From Eledone cirrhosa (lineage: Eukaryota), in the NCBI GenBank assembly GCA_964016885.1, contig OZ024740.1, forward strand, positions 146,382,001-146,446,000: a stretch of 64,000 nt of DNA. Reading direction: 5' to 3'. The translations under genes and the position numbers were made by a program. The notes beneath the pieces were generated by a model, which worked only from the letters and a program-made list of their open reading frames with translations, did no database searches and was not told where the DNA came from. How positions within the stretch are numbered: the first letter of the stretch is position 1; each line of letters opens with the position of its first letter. Shown piece after piece: positions 42,390 through 56,025 of this stretch.

Positions 42390-42790
42390 GTTGACGATGG
42401 TGAAACTGGTGATTAGAAAGTTTTCCCAGGATATGTCCGACAGGCAGGTCAGAGTGTTGAAGAGACAGGATAAGTTTTTGTGTGCAATAGAAAAGCTGGT
42501 TGAAAACATGGAAAACAAGGAAGTCGTGCCTATAGGAGGAGACTTGAATGGATATGTGAAACGGAGTAAGGATGGTTTTGAAGGAATTCAAGGGGACTTT
42601 CTACAGGTACGATGTGAGGAATGGAGAAGTTGAAATTATTTTTGAGTTTGCTGATGTGTTAATCTGTAACACTCAATTCTGGAAAGAAGAAAAGCTTGTT
42701 ATATACATATCAGGTGGGTTCTCATTACTTGTCAACTACTTGATGGTGTGTAGGCAAGATAAGAAGAACTTTTGGAATACAAAGGAAGAG
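42390..42790 (+). mobile_element. RTE AP-endonuclease remnant
   Basis: IGGDLNGYVKRSKDGFEGIQG...RNGE...ICNTQFWK. Confidence 0.6.
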
Positions 42791-43419
42791 GTATATAGCA
42801 CCATCTACTTGTTATTTTTAACATAAATGCATCTTTTTACAATATAACATTCACTACGTCTTGAACTCTGTATACCAAACCCTTTGCAGTCATGGCTATA
42901 CCATATGAGAAAACTGGATGCTCATGTCTGGAATATCTTTGATTTCTTATTACTCCACTGCATGTAAAATTTTAAGAAGTGAGCAGTATAGTTAATATAT
43001 TTAGTATTACTACTTTCAACTAACTGGACCTCTATTATAGAGAAGATTTAGAAGTTATATGTATGTCACATAAACAATTATTGGAAAACAATGAAGCAAG
43101 CAATTCTACTTCATCTTTAGATGTCTGTGTCAATGAAGAGAGGAGGAATGCTAGATTTACCATTACTCAATACACAATTATAGATTTCAATCAGATGGGG
43201 ATGAAGAGTTTGGAGGAGGTCTATTACTGCTCTCCGGTATGGATTGGAGATCAGATCTAGCCCATTGGTTTTTTTCTTAGTTTTTCCGAATACATACTAC
43301 TTTATATAGTATACTAGTTGCAGGTGCATTTTAATGTGACATCAGGATTAGAGAGTTTGTCATGTCTTTGGCGAGATTAAATGGGTTCCTACTCTACATT
43401 CATTCTCTTTATTATATAT

Positions 43420-44510
43420 AAATGAATGGTTTATGAGAAAGGTACAAGCCGTGTACAAAGATGCTGTTAGTAAAATGAGTGTAGGCATTGAGTTTAGTGA
43501 GGAATTCAATATACAGATGGGTGTTCACCAAGGCTCAGCTCTCAACTCACTCCTATTTATTATAGTTCTGCAGGCTATAATAGAGAAGTTTAATACCAGC
43601 TGTTTGTAGGAACTCTACTGTGCTGATTACCTAGAACTTGAGATGAATCTGCAGAAGATTTAGAGGAGAAATTCCAGATGTTGAAGCAAAACCTAGAATT
43701 GAAAGGCCTTAAAGTAAACTTAACAAACATTATCTTGTTGCCATCAGGGAAATAGCCATGCTTAATTTGCAGAAAATGAGTAGATAGAAACTCAATTTAG
43801 TGTACCCAATATAAACTGTAGGCACACAAGTGGTGTAGCAGTATCACAGGCAAGCTAACAGAAAAAGAGATTTTATGTGGTAGATGTATAGGGTTAATTG
43901 TAAGAGCACCAATAAAATTAGCTGTTTTCCATTTAGGAAGTCTCCATATTAGTAGTTGATAACTTCTATTATCTACATGACCTAATTAGCAATGGAGCAA
44001 GGTGCTCTGAAAACATAGCCAGAATAAGAACAAAGTAGAAAAAGTTTAGGGATCTACTACTTCTGTTGGCAACAAAAGGATTTTCTCTTCAAGTCTTCTT
44101 CTTGAGATTGGTGGTAGATTGTATGATACTTGTGTATGAATTGCAATGTTGCATGGTAGTAAGACATAGTCATTAGGAAGAAATGAGGTAAGCATGTTCT
44201 GCTAAATGTGTAATGATAGTATGCATGAATAACAAAGCACAAATCAGTTGAAAGAAACATTGCATAAGAGAAATCAGATGTAATGTGCAAGAGAGAAGAT
44301 TGTGCTGGTACAGATATGCCATGCATATGGAGGATGATCATTGGATGAAGAAGTGTTAGGAGTTCTAAGTAGGAAATAGCTATGGAGGAGGAAGACATGG
44401 GCAGAAGTGGTGGGAGTTGATCTCAGGATGCTGAACTTCACGGAGATGATAGAAGAAAGCCATGCTGGAGAGGACTCTTCTAACCCATGCTAGAAAAATT
44501 GATGATGATA
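43420..44510 (+). mobile_element. Decayed RTE LINE (RT region to tail)
   Basis: GVHQGSALNSLLFIIVLQAI and downstream degenerate motifs. Confidence 0.75.
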
Positions 44511-44512
44511 AT

Positions 44513-44632
<120 letters not shown>

Positions 44633-44807
44633 GATATAAACACAATTTTTGTGTTTTCATCTGGTGATTGAGAGATAATATGATCATGGTAATGTTTGTT
44701 GGCTAACATGTTCTTTCAGGTGATAATCATCTATTATTAGCTTCTTGTGGTACATGAAATCTAGAGTGGCTAAAAAGACCTGTCTTAGAAAGTCAAGTTC
44801 AGTCACA

Positions 44808-44851
<44 letters not shown>

Positions 44852-44915
44852 TATGCACATGCTTATTCAAACATACACATATGTGCTTGCATATATTCAT
44901 TTACACACATACATA

Positions 44916-45811
44916 CGAGGGTAAGACAAAAAGTTTCTGGACAGCTCTTTATTTAAAAAAGGACTATATTTACATTTAAATACTATCTCCTTCAAAATAG
45001 CCCCCTTGTACAGCAATGCACTGATCCTAGCATATCTGCCACTCCAGCAATGCGGCCTTGAAGTCATCTTTGTAAGCTTGTCAAGAACCTTCTGCGATAC
45101 GTACTTGATCTCGGCAACAGTGTTAAAACAGTGACCTTTAAACTTTGTTTTTATCTTTGGGAAAAGGAAGAAGTTTGCAGGAGCTAAACTGGCAAGTTGA
45201 ACAGGTGTGGAAGCAATGGCATGTTGTGCTTGGTGAGAAACTCATGGACGATGAGTACGCGGTGACAGGATGAACTGTCTTTGTGGAGAATCCAGTTCTT
45301 TGTGTGCCACAGATCTGTTTGCTTCTGTCAAATGTTCTCCCTGAAACACCTCAGAACTTTGCAGTAAAACTCTTTTTTGATGGCCTGGTCCTGGGGGTTG
45401 AATTCTCGATAAACAATGCTACGGATGTCAAAAAGACAATGCAGCATGCTCTTGATTGAACTGCAAAAATGCCTCACCTTCTTTAGTCGTGGAGATGATA
45501 GACTCTTCCATTGTGTTCACTGCTGCTTTGTCTCTAAAGCATGTTCAGTATTTCTGATCGATTTTCCAAGTTTAACGCAAAATTTTATGCTGGCTCTTTG
45601 TTCCTACTTGATGTCCATGATGTAATCACAGACTTGCGCAAGAACATGATCAGAAAAAACACCAATTTAACAACTCACGATGTTAACTAAACAATGTCAC
45701 TTGGTACACTGACTTCTGACAGTTACAGCTATGACTGCACATGCAACTCTGTGCTGCCATCTGTTGGCGTGCTACAGAGCTAGCCCGGAAGGTTTTTTTT
45801 ACACCACCTTG
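44916..45811 (-). mobile_element. Decayed mariner element
   Basis: TA flanks. Degenerate TIRs (CGAGGGTAAGACAAAAAGTTTCTGG / CCGGAAGGTTTTTTTTACACCACCTTG). Minus strand encodes CIAVQGGYFEGD, a typical mariner transposase C-terminus. Confidence 0.7.
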
Positions 45812-47139
45812 TACATATATACATACCCATACATACACACATAGAAATGTAGTTTGCATGCTTTGATGGATGAGTAATAGCACTGTGTATGAATAGTGAA
45901 GCGTCAATGAACTGTGAGAGAGACTGGACATAAGAGGGGTCAGATACAGTGTGCAGAAGAGATTGCAGTGGTAAGGACTGTGATGCGCATAGAGGATGAC
46001 AGTTGTATAAAAAGGTGCATGCTATGGAAGAGAAAGACCTAGGAAAGCTTGGGATGAAGTGATAAAAGGTGACCTGGCACAGTTAAACCTCTTAAAGGAG
46101 ATGACACAGGATCAAGATCTCTGGCATTATGCTGTACTGCAAAATACCCGCCTTCCCATGTGCACAGGATGAAACAAACATGTAGAGGACACCTGTTTGT
46201 ACCAATCCTCTCCTTCCCCTCCTTGTCTTAATACTCCCCCACCAGTTAACTATCCCACTCATTTCCAACTTGCATACTTGTTCCTTCCCCACTCCTGATG
46301 TACTTCTCCTGTCCTTTTCAATACAAGCATAGAAAGATGGACATGCTCCAAATCTGTTCTCTCCTTCCCATAATGCTGCTGCCATAACAAAAAAAAAAAA
46401 CACTTTGTTCTCCCTGTATCGTGATTGGGTGCTCCAATAACAAAAGCATTCAGCCCATACCATAAGGTGGTCATACTGGCAACATGACAAGAGACAGCAT
46501 CCAATCCACCCTATAAGGTGGTTGTGCAGGTGACATAAGAAAAAAAGCACCCAGTTCACCCTGTTTGAAGGTTATTTTGGCATCAAAATAAAAAGCACCC
46601 TGTCTACACTGTATAATATGGTTGGAATTAGGAGGGGCATCTGACTAGAAACCAAGCCAAAATACAGATCTGTTAGTGCTGGTGGGACAATAAAATACAC
46701 CTAGTACACTAAAGTGGTAGTACTATTGCCATGATGAAATGTACCTTGTACATTCAACAACAATGAAGAGGGTGTTAGGAAGGACATCCAGCCATAGAAA
46801 CCATGCCCAATATGATATGTTTGATTAAAATGAGATCTTTCTGACTTCAGACTTAAATAGCCCATCCAACCCAAGACTCCATGGAACGCAGACATGAATT
46901 GATGGTGATGATGATGGTTTATATATTTAGGGCCTCAATAGGTCTCATAATACCAAGGATGTATATCTGGATAGTCCATCTCAATGGCATAGACCTGGGC
47001 AAGTTTTTACTTTTCTATGGAAGACCACCAGTTGACCATGCATACAAGTTTCACCTCTCCATGCCACAGATGTTGTCTAAGAGAAAGGCAATGGCCGTTA
47101 CAGCTTGTCGGAGGTGAATTTTGAATGCAACAGTTTGAA

Positions 47140-47670
47140 AGAAATATTGCAGGGCATCATGTCCAGCAAAATATTACCAGGCAAACATATTGGGAAAAAT
47201 AATGATTCAAAATATAGATTCTGCAACAGAAATACTGAAATAGTGAATCACCTAATATCTACCTAAGAACACAAAAACAGACATGGCGGGGTGAGACTGT
47301 TCAACCACTAGCAAAGAAACAACAAAAAACTGGTATCAATAGTATCGAGATCCAGTAACAAAAATTGGTAATATCATAATACTGTGGGATTTCACAATAC
47401 ACACTGACAGGGAAATCAAAGCCAATAGACCAGACATCATAATAAAAGATAAAAACGACAAAATGGGATTCATAATAGACATGGCAGTACCTACTGATTG
47501 CAATGTGCCTTTAAAGATATTGGAAAAAATTTCAAAGTATAAGGATCTTGAAATAAAGATATAAAAAAAATGTTTTGTATGAAAGCCATCACTGTCTCAG
47601 TTATAGTTGGAGCTGGCCTGCTGACAAATTCTTGGGATCATATACCAGGTAAACAATGTATCTTACAAGA
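47140..47670 (+). mobile_element. R4/Dong-type non-LTR retrotransposon remnant (restriction-like endonuclease)
   Basis: ILWDFTIHTDREIKANRPDIIIKDK...IIDMAVP...EKISKYKDLEI from 47379. Confidence 0.75.
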
Positions 47671-48745
47671 TACACAACCATGGATTTAAAAGTTTCACTT
47701 TATCCATTACATTTTGTATTCAATTTTGGCTTTAAATGTGCATACATTTGTAAAAAAAAAAAAACCTATAAATACTTTAATTGGTGTTACTACTATATGT
47801 ATCTGTAAATATCTATATACTATTAAAACTGTGATTGCTTGCTTGCTTATCTGTAATGTAATACAGCCAAAAGGCGCATAATGGGAAAATAGTTTGAAAG
47901 GAAGTTGACCCTGAAATGAGAATACAAATGGAATAAAACAAGTTTCGTGTAAATTGGAGCACGGGTTCTCGAGATATGGGGTTTTTCTGGGTACCTTCAT
48001 AAACAGAGAGAGAAAGAGATAGTGGTTGTAATAATAATAATGAAATTATTGTGTAAAGTGCTCAGGTGCACTACAACTCATCAATATAGTACATAGAATA
48101 ATACACAAATGTCAGGGAAGTACATGTGTGTATGTGTTAGCTGTAGTGTTGGCGGATCTCGGGAAGCATGGAGGCCTTAAAGGATGCAGTGTCTCGACAG
48201 CTAACAACTGAGAGAGAGTAGATTGAAAGAGAGAGGAGATAGAGAAGGAGAATGGAAGAGAGAGCTGGTGGTGTCTATATATATATATGTGAGTGTGTGT
48301 CTATTACCAGTGTATATAGATCACAGACACCCGCATCTATACACACACATACACACACACACACATATATATATACACACACATTTATATATACACATGT
48401 ATATATATGGGCCTTCCAGATTCATTTCACATTATATACATGTCGATGTATATTTTAATTATTTAAAAATTATTTTTAGGTGAACATGATTTAAAAAAAA
48501 ATATTTTGAATGTGAATGTGACCCAATGGGTCACAGGTGGTCTAGTTATATATAAACCTTTTGAATCTATGAATATTCTCTGAGTGTGTTTGTGTCTGTG
48601 CACTTGTGTATGTGTGTGTAGGAAGCATTGTTACTTGCTTTCTCAAACTCTCAATAAAATACCATCAGTTATCTATAGTCCTGAGAAAAAATGCATCATA
48701 ACAAACCATCACCCCGGGCTCCTGATTATGCCCTGGTGTGATGTA

Positions 48746-50040
48746 CAGGGTGTGGACGATATTTGTTCGCAATTTTCAAGTGCTAATTTTATGCAAATTT
48801 GTTTTACTTCCGTTGTCACTCTTGTCTTCATAAAAACAGTGACTATATTTCCATTATTTATTTTCAGAATAATTGATAATGAATAATTTTGAACCTCCAA
48901 ATTTGTGGAAGAGACACAGAGTTCTTCTTGGAATCCGCGCCGGGAGGACTAATAAGGAAATGTCAGACTTTCTCTGCGTCAGCAGGAGAATGGTGGAAAA
49001 GGTCAGAAAGGAATTGGAATATTCAGGATTCGACTACGAAGCAACATCAGAGAGGAAAACACATGATCAACGATCTGACGCCTTCAGAACGCCCGAGTTC
49101 GTCACTGAAGTTCAGGATATCATCAACAATGAACCTAGCAAGTCGATGCATGCCATTGCAAGGGAGAAAGGTGTGGATGAACAGCTCATTAGGCTGGTGG
49201 TACATGAAGACATTCACTACGTTTCATACAAGATGAAGAAAGGACAATTTCTGTCAAAGGCGATACAAGAAATGCGACTGAAGCGCGCAAAGAAGCTGAT
49301 CAACAAGTTGAAACACCCACTGGAGCCAGACATGCTGTGGTTTTTCTGCCAAGACGAGAAGGTCAACTCCCAGAACAACAGGTGGCTCACTGTCTCATCC
49401 AAAGACGTGCCCAGAGTCATGCAGACAAAGTTTCCAGCGACAACATTGGTCTTAGGTGTCATCAGCAGTCAAGGTGACGTCATGCCACTTCACTTCTTCC
49501 CTGAGGGCCTCAAGCTGAACACCGATGGCTACATCCACGTTCTGAGCGAGGTAGTAAAGCCCTGGATCGACCAGGTAGCTGCAGGTAGGCCGTACATGTG
49601 GCAGCAAGACTCCGCGCCCCGCCATACCAGCCGAAAGACCCAAACCTGGCTGTCAGAGAACTTCGTCGACCACAGTTCACCTGACATCTGGCCTCCCAGC
49701 TCGCCTGACTGCAACCCCCTCGACTTCTTTGTGTGGGGTGCAGTGGAACGAGACACCAACAGATCTAGCTGCAATACGAAAGACAATCTGAAGGCCAGGA
49801 TCACAAGTGCCTTTAGGGGCCTAAGTCGGGGGGGGGGGGCAGTGACGCAGGCCTGTAGCCGGTTCCGAGGCCACCTTGAGGCCGTCATTAAAGCCAATGG
49901 CGGGTTCATCAAGTGAGATTGAAAGAACAAGTCATGAAGACAAACTGACCCAAGTTTGATAAATATATCTTAAAAAATAAAACTACTGTGTTATTTTTTC
50001 CTAGTCAGTAATCTTGCAAACAAATATCGTCTGCGCCCTG
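48746..50040 (+). mobile_element. Full-length Tc1/mariner element, DD37D (maT) family
   Basis: TA target duplication at 48744-45 and 50041-42. 27-bp TIRs CAGGGTGTGGACGATATTTGTTCGCAA / TTGCAAACAAATATCGTCTGCGCCCTG with 4 mismatches. Confidence 0.93.
48879..49916 (+). CDS. DD37D transposase (uninterrupted ORF)
   Basis: N-terminal HTH regions. QQDSAP and WPPSSPDCNPLDF with 37 residues between the two Asp. C-terminal ANGGFIK. Confidence 0.88.
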   Translation: MNNFEPPNLWKRHRVLLGIRAGRTNKEMSDFLCVSRRMVEKVRKELEYSGFDYEATSERKTHDQRSDAFRTPEFVTEVQDIINNEPSKSMHAIAREKGVDEQLIRLVVHEDIHYVSYKMKKGQFLSKAIQEMRLKRAKKLINKLKHPLEPDMLWFFCQDEKVNSQNNRWLTVSSKDVPRVMQTKFPATTLVLGVISSQGDVMPLHFFPEGLKLNTDGYIHVLSEVVKPWIDQVAAGRPYMWQQDSAPRHTSRKTQTWLSENFVDHSSPDIWPPSSPDCNPLDFFVWGAVERDTNRSSCNTKDNLKARITSAFRGLSRGGGAVTQACSRFRGHLEAVIKANGGFIK

Positions 50041-52192
50041 TATGTGAATGTACATACAATCAAGGAAATAATAATAGTAGAGATTGAACCATGAGCTAAT
50101 CAATTATGAAACGCACGACACACCTGAATAAACTTAATGAAAATTTGACATCTCGCTCATACTTATTAGAGTCGATAAAATAAAGTACCAGTAATGCACT
50201 GGGATAATTGCTGTCCTTGTGCCAAAAAGTAGAAATAATTATTACTATATATGTGTGTATACATATATTATATACATATACCCCCCTCACACACACAAAT
50301 GTAAATACAAATGGTTACTGATGTTTCCATTATAATCATACATATGTTACAGGGTTTATGTTTTCATATCTCATGCATTTCTGAGAGAAATTCTTGCAAT
50401 GTGGTTGAAAGTGTGTGTGAGTGAGTATCGTATTTGAATGGGCTGTGTTTGAATATATGCATAAAAATAAATATATGAATATATGCAAATTGAATATTTG
50501 CATTTATATTTTATCATTGCCACTGATTATGAAACCCTCCACATGTGGATTTATATATTATTTAGTATTTATTTTATAAAATATTTTCATACTGCCATCC
50601 TATTTTATAATTTTCTATCCTCATTGTAATTTGATACTAGTTTTCACTCTTCCAACCCCCTGGCATTGTACAAGCAAAGTGACCTATATTTAGCCACTTG
50701 ATGCTCAAAGACATTCTACCTCCTTTTCCCACCCTGATATTTTCCTCACACTCTCTTTTCTTTCTCTTCCTTTTACCCTTTTCTCATTTCTATTCCACTT
50801 TCTTCTCCATTTTTACCTCTCCTTGTCTCTTCCTGCCTCTTTCCTCCCCACTAACTTTTCAGTCTTTTTTTTTTGTCCCCATGCCTCTCTTTGTCCTTTT
50901 GCATTTCATCTGTTTCCTTTTCTTCCCCACTCAACCTAATGTCTGTCACTTGTGTGTGTGTGTGCCTCTTGTGTGTCTGTACTTAAACCACTAATGTACC
51001 CTAGCAGTTTCACACCCCTGTCATCTCCCACCTCACTATGAAAGATGTGTGTCCAGCCAATTGGCTGGCCCCCACCTCCAGTCCAAGCTAGGTTTGACAT
51101 TGGAGTGACCCTACATCATTGTTGATCTAGTGTGTACTATTTGAGGAACCAGTAGCACACAGGGTTGGGTAGGGGTCACTCCAGAGTAACAGGCTACTGG
51201 ATCAGCTTTTACTATTCATGCCACATCATTTCTGATGGTGGCAAATATGGGATGAATATTTATGTCTGTATGTATATTATCATTCATCAACATATTTTTC
51301 GGACACAAAGTAATACAGAAGAGGCACCTTCCCATGGGCACAGGCTGAAGCTGAAGCATACATATAGTATGCACCACCCTCATCTCCACTCCAGCCCCAA
51401 CCCACTCTTTATTACATCTTCAATGAGGACAGGCTGAAGCATACATCTAGTGAAGCCTCCAGCCCACACTGTAAACTGGTCATGACATGACAAAAAGCAT
51501 CCAGCCCTCTGTAAAGTGGTCATGTAGGTGTCACATCAAATAAGCACCCAGTACTCATTGTAAATGTGGTTGGCATTAGGACAGGCATCCAGCTGTAGAA
51601 ATCAGCCAAGATCAGTTCTGTATGAGCAAGACATGGTCACCTGACCTGACATTTCTCACAACAGGACAACTCTAATCTATGCTAGCATGGAAAAATAGAC
51701 GTTAAATGGCGATGATGATGACAGCCTCCTTAGCAACACATTATAACAAATGCTTTCCCATGGACCACTGCATTAAGGTGAAGTGGGCTCAGTTCCCAGA
51801 TCAGCTTTAAGAGACTATTAATCTCTACTATAGTGAAAGCACATGGCCTAGTGTTTAGGGTGCTGGATTTTTGTTCTTGAGCAAGGCTCCATTTTACATT
51901 ACTTTTCATTATAGGGCTGGGGCTTCTATCATTAAAGCACCCAAGAAATCTCCTATGAGATGCAATCTCATACAAGGTCAGCTAAGTCTGCATATTTGTG
52001 AGCTATAACATTTTCAACCTCTACTATGGAATTGAGTATTCATTCTTAGTTTCTGGCACTCCTTATTCTTTCTTTCCCTACTTGGCTTTGAAAGAGACAA
52101 GACATGTTTGTCTGCTTTCTTGTCTCTTCTATACTTACATTTTTTATGAAAGTCTATTTATATTTTCCTCTTTTCTGTATTGTTATTTACAC

Positions 52193-52760
52193 AAAATGAA
52201 AGGCAGACTGTATGATACATGCATACGAACAGCAATGTGGCATGGTAGTGAGACCTGGGCGCTGTGTGCAGAAGATGTGCATAGATTGGAAAGAAATGAA
52301 GCTTGCAATGCTCCGATGAATGTGTAATATACGTGAATGGCAAAGCATTAATGAACTGAGAGAGAGACTAGGCATAAAAGGAATCAAATGCTGTGTGCAG
52401 GAGAGGAGATTACATTGGTAGGGACATGTGATGTGGATGAAGGATGACAGCTGCATAAAACGGTGCAGAGCCCTCAAAGTCAGTGGAAGACTTGGAGTGG
52501 GGAGACCCAGGAAGACTTGATAAAAGCTGACCATACCCAATTGCACCTCTTAAAGGCGATGACACAGGACCGAGATCTCTGGTGTTACAAAGTGATACAA
52601 AAAGCCCGACTTCCCATAGGCACAGGCTGAAGCTGAAGCACATATATACAGTATGCCCCCAGCCCACACTGCAAAGTGATCGTGCAGGTGTACGACAAAA
52701 AGCACCCAGCCCACACTGTAAAATGGTCGTGCAGGTGTCACAACAAAAAGGTGATGATGA
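52193..52760 (+). mobile_element. Older RTE LINE 3' fragment
   Basis: [29 protein letters not shown]. Confidence 0.85.
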
Positions 52761-53033
52761 CAATTTGCCTGTATTGTATCCTGTCCTGTTTTAGAGGCTT
52801 AGGATTGTTTACTATTATTATTGGTTTATATACTCACTTTGCTGTCCCAGTCAAAAGACACTTTGTTGTTCTGTTCTGTCTCTATGTTGCATTGAAAAAG
52901 CTGCTGTGCAACACGGGCCCAATATGATGCAATCCCACCCCATCCATTTTTATGAAATTGCAATACTCAGAGAGTAAGCAATGAGAAAGATACTTTTGTT
53001 TGTTTGCCCTAAATTTTTTTCATGTGCAACTTT

Positions 53034-53034
<1 letters not shown>

Positions 53035-53123
<89 letters not shown>
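53035..53123. repeat. (CT)n microsatellite
   Basis: Directly visible, at the 5' junction of the RTE copy. Confidence 0.97.
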
Positions 53124-53127
<4 letters not shown>

Positions 53128-53130
<3 letters not shown>

Positions 53131-55747
53131 AAAATATGGAAGCTAAAGGACCCCACAGCCAGAAATAAATTTAAAAGCATACTACTTGATGCTTTCGACA
53201 GTAAGGGAGAGCAATTAGAGTCGTAAAATATAGAGGAGCAGCGGGAATTCCTGAAAGCAAACCTGCTGATGGCGGCAGGCGAAGTCTGTGGCTGGAGCAG
53301 GCCTGTAGGCAGGAGGAGAGTAACATGGTGGTGGAACAGTAAGGTGGAGGGGTCAATTCAGGCCAAAAAGCAGGCTTGGAAAGTATGGCTGGATGGGGGG
53401 AAGTAGAGAAGTCTATCAACTGGCCAGGAGGGAAGCTAGGAGACAAGTGTACTTCGCAAGAAGGGAAGCAGAGGAAAGCATGTTCTACAACGCGAGGACC
53501 AAAAACGTGAGGTGTTCAGGATTGCTAGGCAATGTGTCAAGGAAAACTGTGATATTGTCGGGGAGAAGTGTGTACTTAATGATGACGGCGTACTTGCCAT
53601 CACCGATGCTGATAAGAAGGTAGCTTGGAAGTGTCACTATGAAAGACTACTAAATGAGGAGAATAAATGGGAGAAAGACAGTCTCCCCCACATCGACCCA
53701 ATAGAGGGACCAGCAGTGTTAGTTGAGGGTAGTATAATAAGTAAGGCAATCAAGGATATGAAGACGGGTAAGGCAGCTGGGCCTTCGGAAATAGTTGGTG
53801 AGATGCTGAAGGCATCTGGCACGGTGGGACACACCATGGTCACCTGGATAGTTAACCAAGTCGTACAGAATGGGGTTGTTCCGAAGGACTGGCGTAGCAG
53901 CATCATCGTTAACAGTTATAAGGGTAAAGGAGATGCCCTAGATAGGAGTAACTATAGAGGCATTAAATTAATCGACCAGGTCATGAAGGTCACGGAAAAA
54001 GTAATAGCGCAACTAATCGATGAAATGCAGTTCGGGTTTGTGTCAGGCAAAAGTACCACAGACGCTCTTTTCATTGTACGACAACTACAGGAGCAGTACC
54101 TAGCTAAAAGTAAACCCCTATACTTAGCTTTTGTCGACTTGGAGAAAGCCTTCGAAAGCCTTCGACAGAGTCCCCCGTTCCATTATCTGGTGGGCTCTTA
54201 GAAAACTAGGTGTTGACGAATGGCTTGTGAGAGCTATACAAGTCATGTATAAAGAAACAGTCAGCAAGGTTAGAATTAACAACGAATATAGTGAAGAGTT
54301 TAGCGTAAAAGTTGGCGTCCATCAGGGCTCTGTTCTCAGCCCCCTACTATTTATTATTGCCCTTCAGGCTATAATAGAGGAGTTCAAGACCGGCTGCCCA
54401 TAGGAACTCCTATACGCAGATGACCTAACACTCATAGCTGAATCAATGGCCGAGCTAGAGAAGAAATTCCAAACATGGAAGCACGGCCTAGAATCAAAAG
54501 GCCTTAAAATTAACCTGGCTAAGACCAAAGTTCTAGTTTGTAGGAAAGAAAATAAGGCGGCGGTCCCTTCTGGGAAGTGGCCATGCTCAGTGTGTAGGAA
54601 AGGCGTAGGTAGAAACTCCATTTTGTGTCCGAAATGCAAAGTATGGGTGCATAAAAGATGTAGTGGGATCACAGGTAAGCTAAGAACATAGATTTTACAT
54701 GTGGCCGGTGCTCTGGTGCAATAAGTAGCAGCAAGTGCCCACAAAATACTAGCTCTTTCAACTGCGCAGAGGGCTCTATAGAAATAGTGGACAGCTTCCG
54801 TTACCTGGGTGACAAAATCAGCAGTGGGGGAGGGTGCTCCGAAAGTACGGTAGCTAGAGTCAGAACTGGATGGAAAAAGTTCAGAGAGCTTATACCACTA
54901 TTAGCCGCTAAAGGGTTCTCCCTAAAAATGAAAGGCAGGTTGTATGATGCCTGCATACGAACAGCAATGTTGCATGGCAGTGAGACCTGGGCATTGTGTG
55001 CAGAGGATATACGCAGACTAGAGAGGAACGAAGCTTGCATGCTCCGCTGGATGTGTAATAGTAATATACGTGAACGGCAAAGCATAAACGAACTAAGGAA
55101 AAAATTAGAAATAAGAGGGATCAGATGTTGTTTACTCGAGAGAAGGCTACGTTGGTATGGACACGTGATGCGCATGAAAGACGACAGCTGTATAACAAAG
55201 TGCAGGGCTATAAAGATAGACGGTAGCCACGGAATAGGCAGACCCAGAAAAACCTGGGACGAGCTGATAAACTCCGACCTCACACACTTACACCTCTCCA
55301 AGACAATGTCACTGGACCGAGACCTTTGGCGGTACTCAGTAATAGAGAAGACCCGCCTTACCTAAATACATAGTAAAACCTACTACAGTCAGTAGGCATC
55401 TCTAACAAAATACACCCCCGTCCCACCACCCCCACCCCATCCACACCGCCCCCTTCAATGTAAAGTTATGTTGGTGCCACACCATCCAGGCCGAAACAAA
55501 TGAGATCGTGTAGGTGTCACGACAAAAAAACAGACAGTCCACGCTGTAATGTGGCCATGTAGGCAACACGGTAAAAACCTCCCAGACCCACACTGTAAAT
55601 GTGGTTGGTGTTAGGAAAGGCATCCAACTGTAGAAAACCTGCCAGACAGTCCTATGCGAGCAAGACAATCACTCTTGCCTCAAGTGGGAAAACCCCCGTC
55701 CAAACCCATGCAAGCGTGGAACACGGACGTTAAACGTTGATGATGAT
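53128..55747 (+). mobile_element. 5'-truncated young RTE LINE (RT through 3' tail), disabled
   Basis: KGKGDALDRSNYRGIKL, QFGF, DLEKAF, QGSVLSP and YADD motifs. Lesions: 10-bp duplication GAAAGCCTTC (~54144-54163), TGG>TAG at 54401, 4-bp deletion near 54680. Ends GGACGTTAAACGTTGATGATGAT. Confidence 0.95.
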
Positions 55748-55982
55748 ATATATATATAACGAAGGAAATGTGGTAAGGAACCAGGTGGACCATGACGCAC
55801 CAAAGTACTCAATACTTAGGGTAGTAGAGTGGGTAATAGGAACCAGTAAGACCCCTGGGGTCTTACTGGTTCCTATCATCATCACCGTTTTACGTCCGTT
55901 CTTCCACGCTAGCATGGGTTAGGCGGGTTGTCCTGTTGTGGGCAGTGTCTGGTCGGCTGACCATGCCTTGCTCATACAGCAA

Positions 55983-56025
<43 letters not shown>

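Noticed and set aside
48858-48886. ADAR1-transposase fusion via the acceptor-like ttattttcag at 48867
   Set aside because: Splicing from the phase-2 donor reads L-I-I-D-N-E-stop, and the transposase frame has TAA at 48870; no fusion is possible.
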